Virus record (IMG/VR): IMGVR_UViG_3300008107_000170
Length of the DNA: 64,000 bases
Source of the DNA: an uncultured virus (IMG/VR IMGVR_UViG_3300008107_000170)
Taxonomy: Duplodnaviria > Heunggongvirae > Uroviricota > Caudoviricetes
Reading direction: 5' to 3' (one strand)
Shown here: positions 7,213-16,605 of the stretch, in pieces
Position numbering within the stretch: position 1 is the first letter of the stretch
Layout of the letters: every line of letters starts with the position of its first letter
Notes under the pieces: generated by a model
Seen by the model: only the letters and a program-made list of their open reading frames with translations
Database searches by the model: none
Told to the model about the DNA's origin: nothing
Position numbers and translations under genes: made by a program

Positions 7213-7397
7213 GTAGTCATTACGCAACAGGCGAGCCTGGAGAAGTTAAGCCAAAGTCACAGTCACCTGATGGCCACCCTGAGCGGGTTTACTACGATGA
7301 CTGCGAAAGTCAGCACGGACAAAAAGGTCAAAACTGCCTAGTACAGGGCACCGGCGACGTCGTACACATGTGCGAGCCACACGCGAAGGATTGGTAA
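7209..7397 (+). CDS. Hypothetical Cys/His protein
   Basis: 62 aa, coupled to both neighbours. Confidence 0.6.
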   Translation: MSSHYATGEPGEVKPKSQSPDGHPERVYYDDCESQHGQKGQNCLVQGTGDVVHMCEPHAKDW

Positions 7398-7576
7398 TGG
7401 AACCGAAAGACCCTCAGTTTGATAAGCCTAAGAGTCACTTTGAAGAAGTGTTTGGCATGCTTTACGGAGAAGACACCCTAGCCCGTATGAAGAAGAGCGA
7501 GGCTGAAAAGAAAGCGGCCGAGCCTGACGAGCAGGATGATGACCGCGACCCTAAGCACGACCACTGGGACGCGTAG
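7397..7576 (+). CDS. Small acidic protein, MEPKDPQF family
   Basis: ATG 7397 (TAATG coupling); paralog of the next ORF. Confidence 0.75.
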   Translation: MEPKDPQFDKPKSHFEEVFGMLYGEDTLARMKKSEAEKKAAEPDEQDDDRDPKHDHWDA

Positions 7577-7578
7577 TA

Positions 7579-7788
7579 ATGGACCCGAAAGACCCTCAGT
7601 TTGAGTACGGTAAGCCTAGGAACGCTTTTGAAGAAGTCTGGGGCGCAATTTACGGAAACAGTGGCAGCGACCGCAGCTTGTCGGCTATGCAGAAAAAGCA
7701 GGATGAACAGAAGGCCGCCGAGCAAAAAGAAACCGATGAGAAGTTTGACGAAATCATCAAGAACAACGAGCCTGACAAAGATAAGTAA
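7579..7788 (+). CDS. Small acidic protein, MDPKDPQF family
   Basis: PKDPQF...FEEV.G shared with the previous ORF. Confidence 0.75.
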   Translation: MDPKDPQFEYGKPRNAFEEVWGAIYGNSGSDRSLSAMQKKQDEQKAAEQKETDEKFDEIIKNNEPDKDK

Positions 7789-7967
7789 TGAAGCCTAATA
7801 AGTCCCAGTTTGATGACGCCCCTGAGTGGTGGGCCACTACTATGACTTCTGATGAGATGGCCTCAATGACTGGGCCAGAGGATGCGGGAGAAGCGCCTGA
7901 TAAGGACACCCCTGAGGCTAGCGAGTGGCTAGATAAAACTACGGAAAAAAATACTCCGCCTTTTTAA
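7788..7967 (+). CDS. Small acidic protein MKPNKSQF (59 aa, not in ORF track)
   Basis: Translated by hand; TAATG coupling. Confidence 0.65.
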   Translation: MKPNKSQFDDAPEWWATTMTSDEMASMTGPEDAGEAPDKDTPEASEWLDKTTEKNTPPF

Positions 7968-8063
7968 CTAATTTTGGTTTATACCAAATTATCTTTACTC
8001 TACCGAGATACTAGTATTAAGCGTCTTGCGCGGGCGCTACTTATCTCTAGAGAAAGAATAGAC

Positions 8064-9032
8064 ATGTCAGTAGACTCGAGCGGCAAGCAAGCCGTTGATT
8101 TTGTATGGGGAAACGTCCCTATGCAGCCGAACGATGACCGTGCGGCAACCATTTCAAACATCGGTGGTAGCACCGGTGACTATGGATGGTCAGCAACTAC
8201 CCAGGTAGCCAGCGTCCGTCTAGACCCAGCCCTTGACAACCACGCCAACGTAGAGGCTGGATGGTCAGGTTACCCAAGCTTTGTGGCTGGAGCAGGTAAC
8301 TACATTGTTACTGCGGCTTCAGGTAACGGAACCACTGTTACCTACCAGTCACAGAACTTCTTGGCACCAGGTACTGTTGTAAACATCACCGGCCTAACCG
8401 CCTCAGCATACAACCTATCAGGTGTAACTGTTGCTACTTCTAAGTTCGGTAACTTCACCGTTACTAACTCAGCTAACGCAGGTGAAATCACCGGCCAGCG
8501 TGGCAAGGTAGAAAGCACCACTGCTCTAAGTGCAGCTGACGGTGTCGGCCTTGGTTACATCATCGTACCTAGCGTTGTAGGTGCAACCACTGCTGTTGCT
8601 CTTGACGCCCTACGTGACGCTGGTTACGAAGCAGCTAACATCACCACTGCCTCTGCAACAGCTAACGCTAAGAAGGATGTAACTCGCTTCAACGCCACCT
8701 CGGCTACTGTAGCGGTTGTTTACACCACCTCAGCAAGCACTGCTTACCCAGTCGGTACCAAGATTACCTTGGCCGCAGGTACCGCAGCAGGCAGCAGCCC
8801 AGTTAACCTTCCTGCATACGCACTTGGTACTTGGACTGTAACCGCTGCTGCATCAGGTAACATCACCATTGCTGGTACTGGATTCACCGTAGCAGACACT
8901 ACCGGAATCAACGAGACCGGAAACGTATTTGGTGTTGCTGGAACTATCAAGACCCAGTCAACTGCTGCTAACGCTGCAAGCATTGCGACTGACGCAACTA
9001 TCACCATCACCCCATACGCTGCTGCAAGCTAG
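8064..9032 (+). CDS. Putative virion structural/decoration protein (Ala/Thr/Gly-rich, beta-rich)
   Basis: ATG 8064 after AGAAAG; highly expressed codon style; own terminator. Confidence 0.65.
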   Translation: MSVDSSGKQAVDFVWGNVPMQPNDDRAATISNIGGSTGDYGWSATTQVASVRLDPALDNHANVEAGWSGYPSFVAGAGNYIVTAASGNGTTVTYQSQNFLAPGTVVNITGLTASAYNLSGVTVATSKFGNFTVTNSANAGEITGQRGKVESTTALSAADGVGLGYIIVPSVVGATTAVALDALRDAGYEAANITTASATANAKKDVTRFNATSATVAVVYTTSASTAYPVGTKITLAAGTAAGSSPVNLPAYALGTWTVTAAASGNITIAGTGFTVADTTGINETGNVFGVAGTIKTQSTAANAASIATDATITITPYAAAS

Positions 9033-9048
9033 TAGCCCCAAAGAAGGA

Positions 9049-9078
9049 CCCCAGCCAATCGGCTGGGGTTTTTCTTTT
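9049..9078 (+). terminator. Intrinsic terminator
   Basis: CCCCAGCC-AATC-GGCTGGGG followed by TTTTTCTTTT. Confidence 0.85.
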
Positions 9079-9116
9079 GCCAAGTTTATTTAGTTAAAAG
9101 CTAATAAAATCTAAAC

Positions 9117-9764
9117 ATGAGTGAAAACATTGAAGGCGCAGCCGCCAAAAGAGCTGCTAGTGGTGCAGGCCGTTCGTCGGGTACATTTGCAGGACTTGTA
9201 GGCTACCTGCTTGGTCGTGGCAGGAGAGGTGGTAAGGGCAGTAAAAAAAGCGGCCCACAGACCGCTGCTGACTGGCACAACGAAGAAATCGCTAAGCGTT
9301 ATGACTTTGGTAGAGAAAACACTAGAACCCTGCGTGACTGGCAGATAGATGAGTCAAAAGCCAACACCAGCTTTACCCGCGAAGAAGGTGCAAAAAATAA
9401 TGACTTTATCCGCACCCGTGCATCAAATAAAGACGCAGCTACAATTAGGCGCGGAGACTGGGCAAGCGCTGCTCGCACCGGAGCTAGGTATTCCGCAGGT
9501 GACATAATCATAAATGATGGCGGAGGCTTTTCTGTCTCAGGTCCAAGACAGGGTTCAGCGCCTCTAAAAACACCTAAGCCGCCCACTGGTAGAGCCGGTT
9601 CAGCCAGAGACGCAATTGCTCCGTCTAAGTCTACCGTTCCTAAGGGAAAGCAGTTTACACCTCCTGCTCCTGCTGCACCCGCTGCCCCTGCTAGAGCTCC
9701 TAGAGGGACTTCTAAGCCTGGGGGCGGAAAATCAGCCCTAACCGGGCTTGACCAGCCAGTATAA
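9117..9764 (+). CDS. Basic, low-complexity hypothetical protein, probably leaderless
   Basis: 215 aa G/R/P-rich; TAAAAT 6 nt before ATG. Confidence 0.7.
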   Translation: MSENIEGAAAKRAASGAGRSSGTFAGLVGYLLGRGRRGGKGSKKSGPQTAADWHNEEIAKRYDFGRENTRTLRDWQIDESKANTSFTREEGAKNNDFIRTRASNKDAATIRRGDWASAARTGARYSAGDIIINDGGGFSVSGPRQGSAPLKTPKPPTGRAGSARDAIAPSKSTVPKGKQFTPPAPAAPAAPARAPRGTSKPGGGKSALTGLDQPV

Positions 9765-9767
9765 TCC

Positions 9768-9965
9768 ATGCTTCAGCGCAAAGTAGACATTAGACACAAG
9801 GGCCCGCTAGCGCGTCGCTCTGGTGTCGTCACTGCGCTGGATAACCAGACTCAAACTGCACCCACAGGGCGCGGAAGAGAATTTAGAGACGCACTAACTA
9901 GGGCGGTAGGCGCAGTACCTGGCGTGCCGTTTGCTGCAAAGGAGTGGGGCTGGTGGCTTCGTTAA
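9768..9965 (+). CDS. Small basic hypothetical protein
   Basis: 65 aa ending WGWWLR. Confidence 0.55.
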   Translation: MLQRKVDIRHKGPLARRSGVVTALDNQTQTAPTGRGREFRDALTRAVGAVPGVPFAAKEWGWWLR

Positions 9966-9985
9966 ACAAAGATTTTAGGAAAGCT

Positions 9986-10111
9986 ATGCCTAAGCCCACT
10001 ATTATCAAAGACTCACGGTTTGGTATTAGAAAGTTTTATCTAAACCCAAATGAAAAGCCGTCTATCTTTGTGTACAACAACCCCGGCCGTAACTGGTGGG
10101 GAACAAGATAG
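9986..10111 (+). CDS. Small basic hypothetical protein (41 aa, not in ORF track)
   Basis: MPKPTIIKDSRFG...NWWGTR; AGGAAAG RBS. Confidence 0.55.
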   Translation: MPKPTIIKDSRFGIRKFYLNPNEKPSIFVYNNPGRNWWGTR

Positions 10112-10165
10112 CCTTTATTTGCTCAGCAAATAGGCTAATCTATTTAAGTATTCGAAAGGAATAAC

Positions 10166-10504
10166 ATGGCAACTTTCACTGCTGTCCGCATACTAGGACC
10201 TGTTCAGCTTACTACTACAGCCACCAACACCTCATACACCGTTGGTTCTGGGAAGACCGTTGTAGCTAAGCAAATTATTTTTAACAACACCTCAACGTCT
10301 GCCGTTACTTTGCAGGCTTATGTAGTGCCAGTTAGCGGTTCTGCCAGCACTGCAACCGCTATTATTACTGACCTATCTATTGGCCCTAAGTCACAGGTTA
10401 TCTGGAGTGCCGACATCCCAATGGTCGCTGGAGAAAAGCTTCAGCTTTCTGCAGGCACCGGTGCTGTAGTTACTACTGTCGTTAGCGGAATCGAGATTGC
10501 ATAA
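10166..10504 (+). CDS. Putative virion structural protein
   Basis: Small beta-rich protein (YTVGSGKTVV...SGIEIA); AAGGA RBS. Confidence 0.65.
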   Translation: MATFTAVRILGPVQLTTTATNTSYTVGSGKTVVAKQIIFNNTSTSAVTLQAYVVPVSGSASTATAIITDLSIGPKSQVIWSADIPMVAGEKLQLSAGTGAVVTTVVSGIEIA

Positions 10505-10647
10505 TGCCACGTTCAGGTGATATCCAAGTTTACGGCCCTACCGTTCTTCCAAACAACGATGATGGTGACCGCAACATTTTTGTCTCTACCGCAGACCCAA
10601 CATCGGGTCAAGGCCAAGACGGAGATGTCTGGATTAAATACGCGTAG
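10504..10647 (+). CDS. Small fibre-related protein (47 aa, not in ORF track)
   Basis: ...VSTADPTSGQGQDGDVWIKYA, a GDxW motif typical of fibre junctions; TAATG coupling. Confidence 0.6.
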   Translation: MPRSGDIQVYGPTVLPNNDDGDRNIFVSTADPTSGQGQDGDVWIKYA

Positions 10648-10656
10648 TAGGTAGAC

Positions 10657-11421
10657 ATGCCTGACGTATATAGAAATAAAGTTTATGACCTGGGCGCGTG
10701 GCGTAACGTCGTTGCCCAGTACGTAAAGGTTTCTGGCTCATGGGTAGCCGTTACCGCTATGTATACGAAAGTCAACGGCACTTGGAAGACCTCATACCCA
10801 TTCCCGCTTTCATCAGATACGACTCTTTCGGCCCTTACTGTAAATGGCTCAGATGTGTTATCTACTCTCGCATTTGCTGCGCCTAACGGCACTACCTCAG
10901 TAACTCTTGCGGCCACTGCTACTAACCCCGCGTCTACAATCACCGGCCTTGGTGCTAGGTCAGTTAGCCTTGCAGGTAACCCAAACAACCTAAACGTAGT
11001 GGTTACCGCAGAAGACGGCGTTACAACCAGGACTTATACAATTGTGGTTACTGTAGCGCCGCCTTCAACAGTTACTATCTACTGGGCGTATTGTAGTTCA
11101 GGCGGATATGAGCCAACACAAACTGGTAATGCAACTATTAGCGGAACTAACGACCCTGTCGTTGCCTGCAACAATAAAAAGGCCGAGCTAGGAAATCCGC
11201 CTAACTGGGTCTGCCAAGGTACATCTGCCCCTGCTGCTCCTGGCTGTACACCCGTTCCGCCAACTCCATGCTGCCAGACATCTTACTCCACATTTGATGG
11301 TAGGGTTGGAAACACCTGCTACTACACTTTCTACCAGACAGACCCCTGCGCTGGGACCACATGCCCTAATGTTCCTTACACTGTAGTGGTACCTTCCAGC
11401 GGAAGCTGCCCAGAGTTCTAA
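10657..11421 (+). CDS. Putative fibre/adhesin with cadherin-like beta-sandwich and Cys-rich C-terminus
   Basis: YVKVSGSW / YTKVNGTW repeats; SSDTTLSALTV...VTAEDGVTTRTYTIVV; 10 Cys in the C-terminal ~110 aa. Confidence 0.65.
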   Translation: MPDVYRNKVYDLGAWRNVVAQYVKVSGSWVAVTAMYTKVNGTWKTSYPFPLSSDTTLSALTVNGSDVLSTLAFAAPNGTTSVTLAATATNPASTITGLGARSVSLAGNPNNLNVVVTAEDGVTTRTYTIVVTVAPPSTVTIYWAYCSSGGYEPTQTGNATISGTNDPVVACNNKKAELGNPPNWVCQGTSAPAAPGCTPVPPTPCCQTSYSTFDGRVGNTCYYTFYQTDPCAGTTCPNVPYTVVVPSSGSCPEF

Positions 11422-11433
11422 TTCGAGGATAAA

Positions 11434-11799
11434 ATGAGAGCTGTTATTAAAGTTAAAGTTGGCGATGAGCTCGCTGGCGGAATCTCCGTACCAAACTTTG
11501 AAGACTCACCGTGGCTAGCTATCTCTGCGGCCCCGTTGTCTATTGTAGACGTCACGTCCCTGCCAGTCGTTCCAGCAGAGGGAAGCGCATGGGACGGAGA
11601 ACGCTTTGACACGCCATCCACTAGAGCACCATTAGCCGGGCACATTAGTCTCGCTTTTATCGTAGAGGGTAAATGCGCACACGTAATGCCTCTAAGCCCG
11701 ACGTTTAATCCAGCATTAATTGCGGCGTTCCGAAGCGGCGCTACATTTGAAGTGGTGCTAGACCCACCTGCGGACTTTACTTATGACCCAGAGCAGTGA
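11434..11799 (+). CDS. Hypothetical protein (possible fibre assembly factor)
   Basis: GSAWDGERF motif; position after a fibre-like gene. Confidence 0.55.
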   Translation: MRAVIKVKVGDELAGGISVPNFEDSPWLAISAAPLSIVDVTSLPVVPAEGSAWDGERFDTPSTRAPLAGHISLAFIVEGKCAHVMPLSPTFNPALIAAFRSGATFEVVLDPPADFTYDPEQ

Positions 11800-12043
11800 C
11801 TGGGAAAAGTTTAAACAGGACTCTCAAGGCTACGCAGAAAGCATTGCTAAATCTGCCAGACCGTGGGACTTTTTAAACCCTAACACCGAATACGCAAGTA
11901 AAGAAGAAGCATCTAGTAGGCTAGACATTTGCAAGTCTTGCCCGTTTCTTATTAAGGCCACTGTTCAGTGCAAAAAGTGCGGCTGCTTTATGAAAGCAAA
12001 AACTAAGTTAAAGCAAGCAACCTGCCCAGAAGGCCACTGGTAG
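11783..12043 (+). CDS. DUF6171-like Cys-rich protein
   Basis: RLDICKSCP...QCKKCGCFMKAKTKL..ATCPEGHW. Confidence 0.7.
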   Translation: MTQSSDWEKFKQDSQGYAESIAKSARPWDFLNPNTEYASKEEASSRLDICKSCPFLIKATVQCKKCGCFMKAKTKLKQATCPEGHW

Positions 12044-12104
12044 TTAGTCATTACATATCTACAAATTTCTGTAACACTGTTATAGACGTTTAGTTTTTGG
12101 AGTT

Positions 12105-12377
12105 GTGATGACTATTGCCGAGCTAGCCACTACGCTTGCTGGATTTGCCGCCTTTCTAACCTTTATCGCCGCAATTATTTCCTGGGTGTTTAGGCGGTAC
12201 ATGAACAGCGTTCTATCTCAACTAACTAAAGAATATCTCTCAGAATTGAAGCCAAACTCAGGCTCTTCGATGAGGGATGAAGTCAAAGCTATACGTTCCG
12301 ACCTTACTGACCTCAAAGTTGATTTGGCAAGTCTAGAAGGAAAGTTCGACCAGCACATTAAAGAAACATCTTTTTGA
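12105..12377 (+). CDS. Single-pass membrane protein with coiled coil (holin-like or lysis accessory)
   Basis: N-terminal TM helix; ELKPNSGSSMRD motif followed by coiled coil. Confidence 0.6.
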   Translation: MMTIAELATTLAGFAAFLTFIAAIISWVFRRYMNSVLSQLTKEYLSELKPNSGSSMRDEVKAIRSDLTDLKVDLASLEGKFDQHIKETSF

Positions 12378-12410
12378 TAAATACCTGAGCCACTGATTTA
12401 AGGAGAAAAT

Positions 12411-12617
12411 ATGAAATGCGACAACTGCGAAGCTCTAGCGGCTTACAAGCACGACCCAAAGATTGCTAACGTAGCCTTCTTTTGCGCACCGCATCTACCT
12501 GTTAATTTGCGTTCGGCAGCGGATAACTACCTGATTGTAGAGACCCCAGCGCCTACGACTTCTAAGAAGAAGTCAACCTCAGCTCCTGCAGCAGAAGAGA
12601 CTGCGTCAGACGAATAA
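12411..12617 (+). CDS. Hypothetical zinc-binding protein
   Basis: MKCDNC...FCAPH; AAGGAG RBS. Confidence 0.65.
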   Translation: MKCDNCEALAAYKHDPKIANVAFFCAPHLPVNLRSAADNYLIVETPAPTTSKKKSTSAPAAEETASDE

Positions 12618-12967
12618 TGAGAATTATTCGCGTGCAGGCAGTGCAGGCACACGCTGTGCCAAAAACCGCCCATGCGCCTAGAGGACCGTTTCCGCCGGAG
12701 CTGCGCGGATTCAATCCAAAAGCGGGTGAGCTAAGTGTCGATGGCGCAGACATGGATGACCTTGAAGAATTTGGCGATGACGCCCACCCTTCCGCACAGC
12801 CAGAGATTATTACTGACTATGCCCCTGAGCAGAACGAAGACGGTTGGGGATTTGAGCTTGGAGCTACTGCTCAAAATAATTTTAAACCAGAGAAAAGATA
12901 CCGCTGTCGTTATTGCCGTACACTAGTCTTAGAGAATCAACTTGACTACCACGATTGTGAGGACTAA
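12617..12967 (+). CDS. Hypothetical protein with C-terminal CxxC...HxC
   Basis: RCRYC...YHDC; TAATG coupling. Confidence 0.65.
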   Translation: MRIIRVQAVQAHAVPKTAHAPRGPFPPELRGFNPKAGELSVDGADMDDLEEFGDDAHPSAQPEIITDYAPEQNEDGWGFELGATAQNNFKPEKRYRCRYCRTLVLENQLDYHDCED

Positions 12968-13431
12968 TGGACCCGTTTTTTTATCTAGGTTTGCGCCAGG
13001 GCGGTAAGAAGAAAAGCACCCCTGTTCAAGAAACAGACGAGGCCGCCTCTGAACTTATCAAGGGCGAGGGACAGGATGAGGACGACCCCGATTTTGAGGT
13101 TCAAGACTCTGCTGTATCTGCAACTACCTCTAGCAACCCTAGTCGGCCTAGAACCCTAAGCGCAGGGTACGACAGTAAAAATCAGGTCATGACGGTTTTA
13201 TTTCGTGACGGCCAGTGGTGGGAGTATCGAGGCGTTTCGCCGAGCATTTGGCGAGGCTTTAAATTTGCTGATTCTAAGGGCAAGTATCTTCGCTCATCTG
13301 GGCTAGATAGCTGGGGCGATATGGGCCCGGCTAACGTGTCTGCGATGCCTAGACACCGACGCGTACAGCTTAACCAATTGACTAACTGGGCTCAGAACAT
13401 GTATCCTAATGAGAGGCCTTACGAAGGATAG
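12967..13431 (+). CDS. KTSC-domain protein
   Basis: AGYDSKNQVMTVLFRDGQWWEYRGVSPSIWRGFKFADSKGKYL. Confidence 0.75.
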   Translation: MDPFFYLGLRQGGKKKSTPVQETDEAASELIKGEGQDEDDPDFEVQDSAVSATTSSNPSRPRTLSAGYDSKNQVMTVLFRDGQWWEYRGVSPSIWRGFKFADSKGKYLRSSGLDSWGDMGPANVSAMPRHRRVQLNQLTNWAQNMYPNERPYEG

Positions 13432-13433
13432 TA

Positions 13434-13730
13434 ATGAAATCAATCGGACCACTATACGTTGACACAATAAAACTTAAACACCCAACTCTCCCACTATTTG
13501 AGTGGGGCTGGTCACAGGAGACTGAGCACCCATACAGAGAAAGCAAAGTCTGTGCGGTATTCTGGATTCCGTTTGTGCCACGAGGTTACGCACTTGGCAT
13601 CTGGGGTGACTCAGTTAGAGAAGAACAGGCGCTTCGCAAAGTCGTCAAATTCGGGCGCAATAACCCAAATGACATCCCTGTAAACGACATACGTCGGTAC
13701 GTCCCTATCGACAGAGAAGAGGGTTGGTAA
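13434..13730 (+). CDS. Hypothetical protein
   Basis: 98 aa, in operon. Confidence 0.65.
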   Translation: MKSIGPLYVDTIKLKHPTLPLFEWGWSQETEHPYRESKVCAVFWIPFVPRGYALGIWGDSVREEQALRKVVKFGRNNPNDIPVNDIRRYVPIDREEGW

Positions 13731-13978
13731 TGCCCTGGTTTAAAAAGAAAACTAAGTGGGACAAGCCCTTCTCTGAGAAGATTGCTAAGAGGGTTTCTAG
13801 GATACCTACCGGTGAGCTTTCTGTTTGGGCAGACCAGACTATATACGAGGTTGGCAGACTCCTTAGCCAATACGAACGTAGTCGCTCAATAGAAAATATG
13901 ACCGAGCTTGCTGAAGGCGCAGAGGCGCTCCACGCAGTAGTTCATGAGTTAAATAAGAGAATGAACAGCACTCTATAG
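13730..13978 (+). CDS. Hypothetical helical protein upstream of the terminase
   Basis: ATG 13730 via TAATG coupling. Confidence 0.65.
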   Translation: MPWFKKKTKWDKPFSEKIAKRVSRIPTGELSVWADQTIYEVGRLLSQYERSRSIENMTELAEGAEALHAVVHELNKRMNSTL

Positions 13979-14090
13979 ATTTTAATATTTTTATGTGTTA
14001 TCATTCTTTAGCCAACCTATTTCTCTCCCGTGTGGCACTTGGTAACCCTGAGTCGTCTCGGCTCAGGGTTATTTAGTTTTAAGGTATTAG

Positions 14091-15677
14091 ATGAGCACAG
14101 TAGAAGATTTTTACGACGAAGACGACGAACTAGAGCTAGAAGACCAACTCGAGCCTGAATATGAGGAAGAGTATGATGACGGCCTAGATGAGCTGTCACG
14201 CGAGTTCGTAAACACGCTAATAGATAAAATAATGATTTTTATCAAGGCGCTTGTTGGCCACGACCTGAGGACCTATCAGAAGCCTCTGGCTCGCCGCATT
14301 ATTGAGTCTGTGGTTATTAACGAGGGTGAGGAAATCACCGCCCTGGCATCACGTCAGTCAGGTAAGTCCGAGACTGTTGCCGATACCGTAGCCGCTCTTA
14401 TGGTAATCCTTCCTAGACTTGCCCGTATGTATCCTGACCTTCTAGGCAGGTTTAAAGACGGCTTTAGGGTAGGTCTATTTGCCCCTGTAGAGGGCCAGGC
14501 TGAAACGTTGTTTAGCCGTGTTATTTCGCGCCTTACCAGCGAGCACGCACTTGCTGTGTTGGGCGACCCTGAGATTGATGATGAGGCTAAGAAAGTCTCT
14601 GGCGTTACTAAGCAGGTAAGGCTTACTAACTCTGGCTCATCCGTAATGATGATGACCGCTAACCCTAGAGCAAAGATTGAGTCTAAGACCTTTGACCTTA
14701 TCGTTATCGATGAGTGCCAGGAAGCGGATGACTTTATCGTGGCCAAATCTATCGGCCCGATGCTTGCGTCTACAAACGGTACCATGGTTAAGACCGGCAC
14801 CCCCACTACGCACAAGAATAACTTTTATCGCGCTATCCAGCTAAATAAGCGCCGACAGACAGGACGAGGCTCTCGACAGAACCACTTCCAGTGGGACTGG
14901 CGTGATGTGTCTAAGACGAGCCCAGAGTACGCAAAGTTTATTAAAAAAGAGATGCTCAGAATTGGAGAAGACTCAGATGAATTTCAAATGTCGTACAGCT
15001 GCAAGTGGCTCCTCGAAAGAGGAATGTTCGTCACCTCAACGACGATGGATGACCTCGGAGACACTTCTCAAGAGGTGGTTAAGGCATGGCACAGGACCCC
15101 AGTCGTTGTGGGTATTGACCCGGCACGCAAGATGGACTCGACAGTCGTCACGGTTGTATGGGTGGATTGGGACAGACCTGATGAGTACGGGTTCTTCGAC
15201 CACCGAATCCTCAACTGGCTGGAAATCCAAGGAGACGACTGGGAAGACCAATACTTCCAAATAGTTAACTTCCTGGAGAACTACGATGTCCTAGCAGTGG
15301 GGGTAGACGCTAACGGTGTCGGAGATGCCGTAGCCCAGCGCCTTCGTTTGCTACTGCCTAGGGCTGAGGTTCACTCTATTGGCTCTAGCCAGCAGGAACA
15401 GTCCAAGAGATGGAAGCATCTAAAAACCCTAATTGAACGCCGGTTAGTGGGGTGGCCTGCACACGCTAAGACCCGCCGATTGAGAAGCTGGAAGCGGTTC
15501 TATCAGCAGATGACTGACCTAGAGGTTAAGTTCCAGGGCCCTAACTTCCTTGCTCACGCCCCTGAAGAAGCACACGCACACGACGATTATGCCGACTCTC
15601 TAGCGATTGCCTGCTCACTAACTATGGACTTGACCATGCCATCGGTAGAAGTCACCACAAGCCCATTTTTTAGATAA
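14091..15677 (+). CDS. terL: Terminase large subunit
   Basis: Walker A ASRQSGKS, Walker B LIVIDE, GTP coupling motif, nuclease GIDPA ... HDDYADS. Confidence 0.93.
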   Translation: MSTVEDFYDEDDELELEDQLEPEYEEEYDDGLDELSREFVNTLIDKIMIFIKALVGHDLRTYQKPLARRIIESVVINEGEEITALASRQSGKSETVADTVAALMVILPRLARMYPDLLGRFKDGFRVGLFAPVEGQAETLFSRVISRLTSEHALAVLGDPEIDDEAKKVSGVTKQVRLTNSGSSVMMMTANPRAKIESKTFDLIVIDECQEADDFIVAKSIGPMLASTNGTMVKTGTPTTHKNNFYRAIQLNKRRQTGRGSRQNHFQWDWRDVSKTSPEYAKFIKKEMLRIGEDSDEFQMSYSCKWLLERGMFVTSTTMDDLGDTSQEVVKAWHRTPVVVGIDPARKMDSTVVTVVWVDWDRPDEYGFFDHRILNWLEIQGDDWEDQYFQIVNFLENYDVLAVGVDANGVGDAVAQRLRLLLPRAEVHSIGSSQQEQSKRWKHLKTLIERRLVGWPAHAKTRRLRSWKRFYQQMTDLEVKFQGPNFLAHAPEEAHAHDDYADSLAIACSLTMDLTMPSVEVTTSPFFR

Positions 15678-15755
15678 ATTTAGTTTGACCTGCAAATTAG
15701 AGAGTTTCATATAAAACTTGTAATGAGGACCTCAACCTTTAACTAGGAGAATAAA

Positions 15756-16154
15756 ATGGCAATTGCCCCAGCACCAAAGTTCCCTGAGTCACCAGGGACC
15801 ACATACGACCGCAAGGTCACCCCAGCAGTACCTGGCCAGCGTGGCCCACTACGCTTCCAGGAGGGTCTCGGTACCGACACCGATATCCCTGAAGAGTTTG
15901 CTAACGGCGCTATGCAGGGCTACGTTCCTGCTGCGGGCCGACCAAACCGTAATGCACCTGTACACACCAAGCCTGCCGAAGAGACCATGCGTGAACGTGC
16001 TCACGTAGGCTCAGCAGCATGGATAGAAGCTCCAGACTACCTAGGCGAGTTCTCTACCGGCTCGTTCCAGGACTACGGAACTAACACCTACGAAGAGAAG
16101 TTCGTTAGCGGCTCGCACCAGCAGCGCGTTAACCCTGCTCAGGTTCAGGACTAA
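15756..16154 (+). CDS. Hypothetical protein (probably virion-associated)
   Basis: 132 aa, strong AGGAG RBS, between terL and portal. Confidence 0.75.
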   Translation: MAIAPAPKFPESPGTTYDRKVTPAVPGQRGPLRFQEGLGTDTDIPEEFANGAMQGYVPAAGRPNRNAPVHTKPAEETMRERAHVGSAAWIEAPDYLGEFSTGSFQDYGTNTYEEKFVSGSHQQRVNPAQVQD

Positions 16155-16224
16155 TTTAGTCGGTACTTAACCCCGTCTGCCCTATGTAGGCGGGCGGGGT
16201 TAAGTTTCTTAAAGGCAGGACATC

Positions 16225-16521
16225 ATGGCCCTCATTAAGGGTAAAGAAGTAAAAGAGACACCGAGACAGGTGCCCGCTAATCCTCGTCTTTGGAACATGA
16301 TTACTACACAAGCAAAAACTAAATTTGCTAAGTATCCTTCTCCTGCCGCAGCTCACTGGGTGCACTCACGCTACTTGCAGCTAGGTGGGCGCTTTGTGGA
16401 CTCTGAGAAAGATGTCGACCCTAGATTTAGAGACAGGGCTCAAGAAGCCATGGACAAAAAAGAAGAAAAAGCTAAGAAAAAGGTCACTAAAGACGTCAGC
16501 AAAAAGGTCACCAATAACTAG
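16225..16521 (+). CDS. Basic hypothetical protein
   Basis: PANPRLW...AKTKF.KYPSPAA..WV...Y...GG.F motif. Confidence 0.7.
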   Translation: MALIKGKEVKETPRQVPANPRLWNMITTQAKTKFAKYPSPAAAHWVHSRYLQLGGRFVDSEKDVDPRFRDRAQEAMDKKEEKAKKKVTKDVSKKVTNN

Positions 16522-16605
16522 CACTTCAAGCGTTAAATATTATTTTTGCGCTACACTAGTAACTATACGATGCACCTGACCTAGAACCGGAAGCGTTTTA
16601 ATTTA

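Noticed and set aside
10645..10656. TAG readthrough or alternative genetic code (TAGTAG between fibre-like ORFs)
   Set aside because: TAG ends many intact genes (capsid, SSB) before terminators or new RBSs, and long genes show no internal TAG
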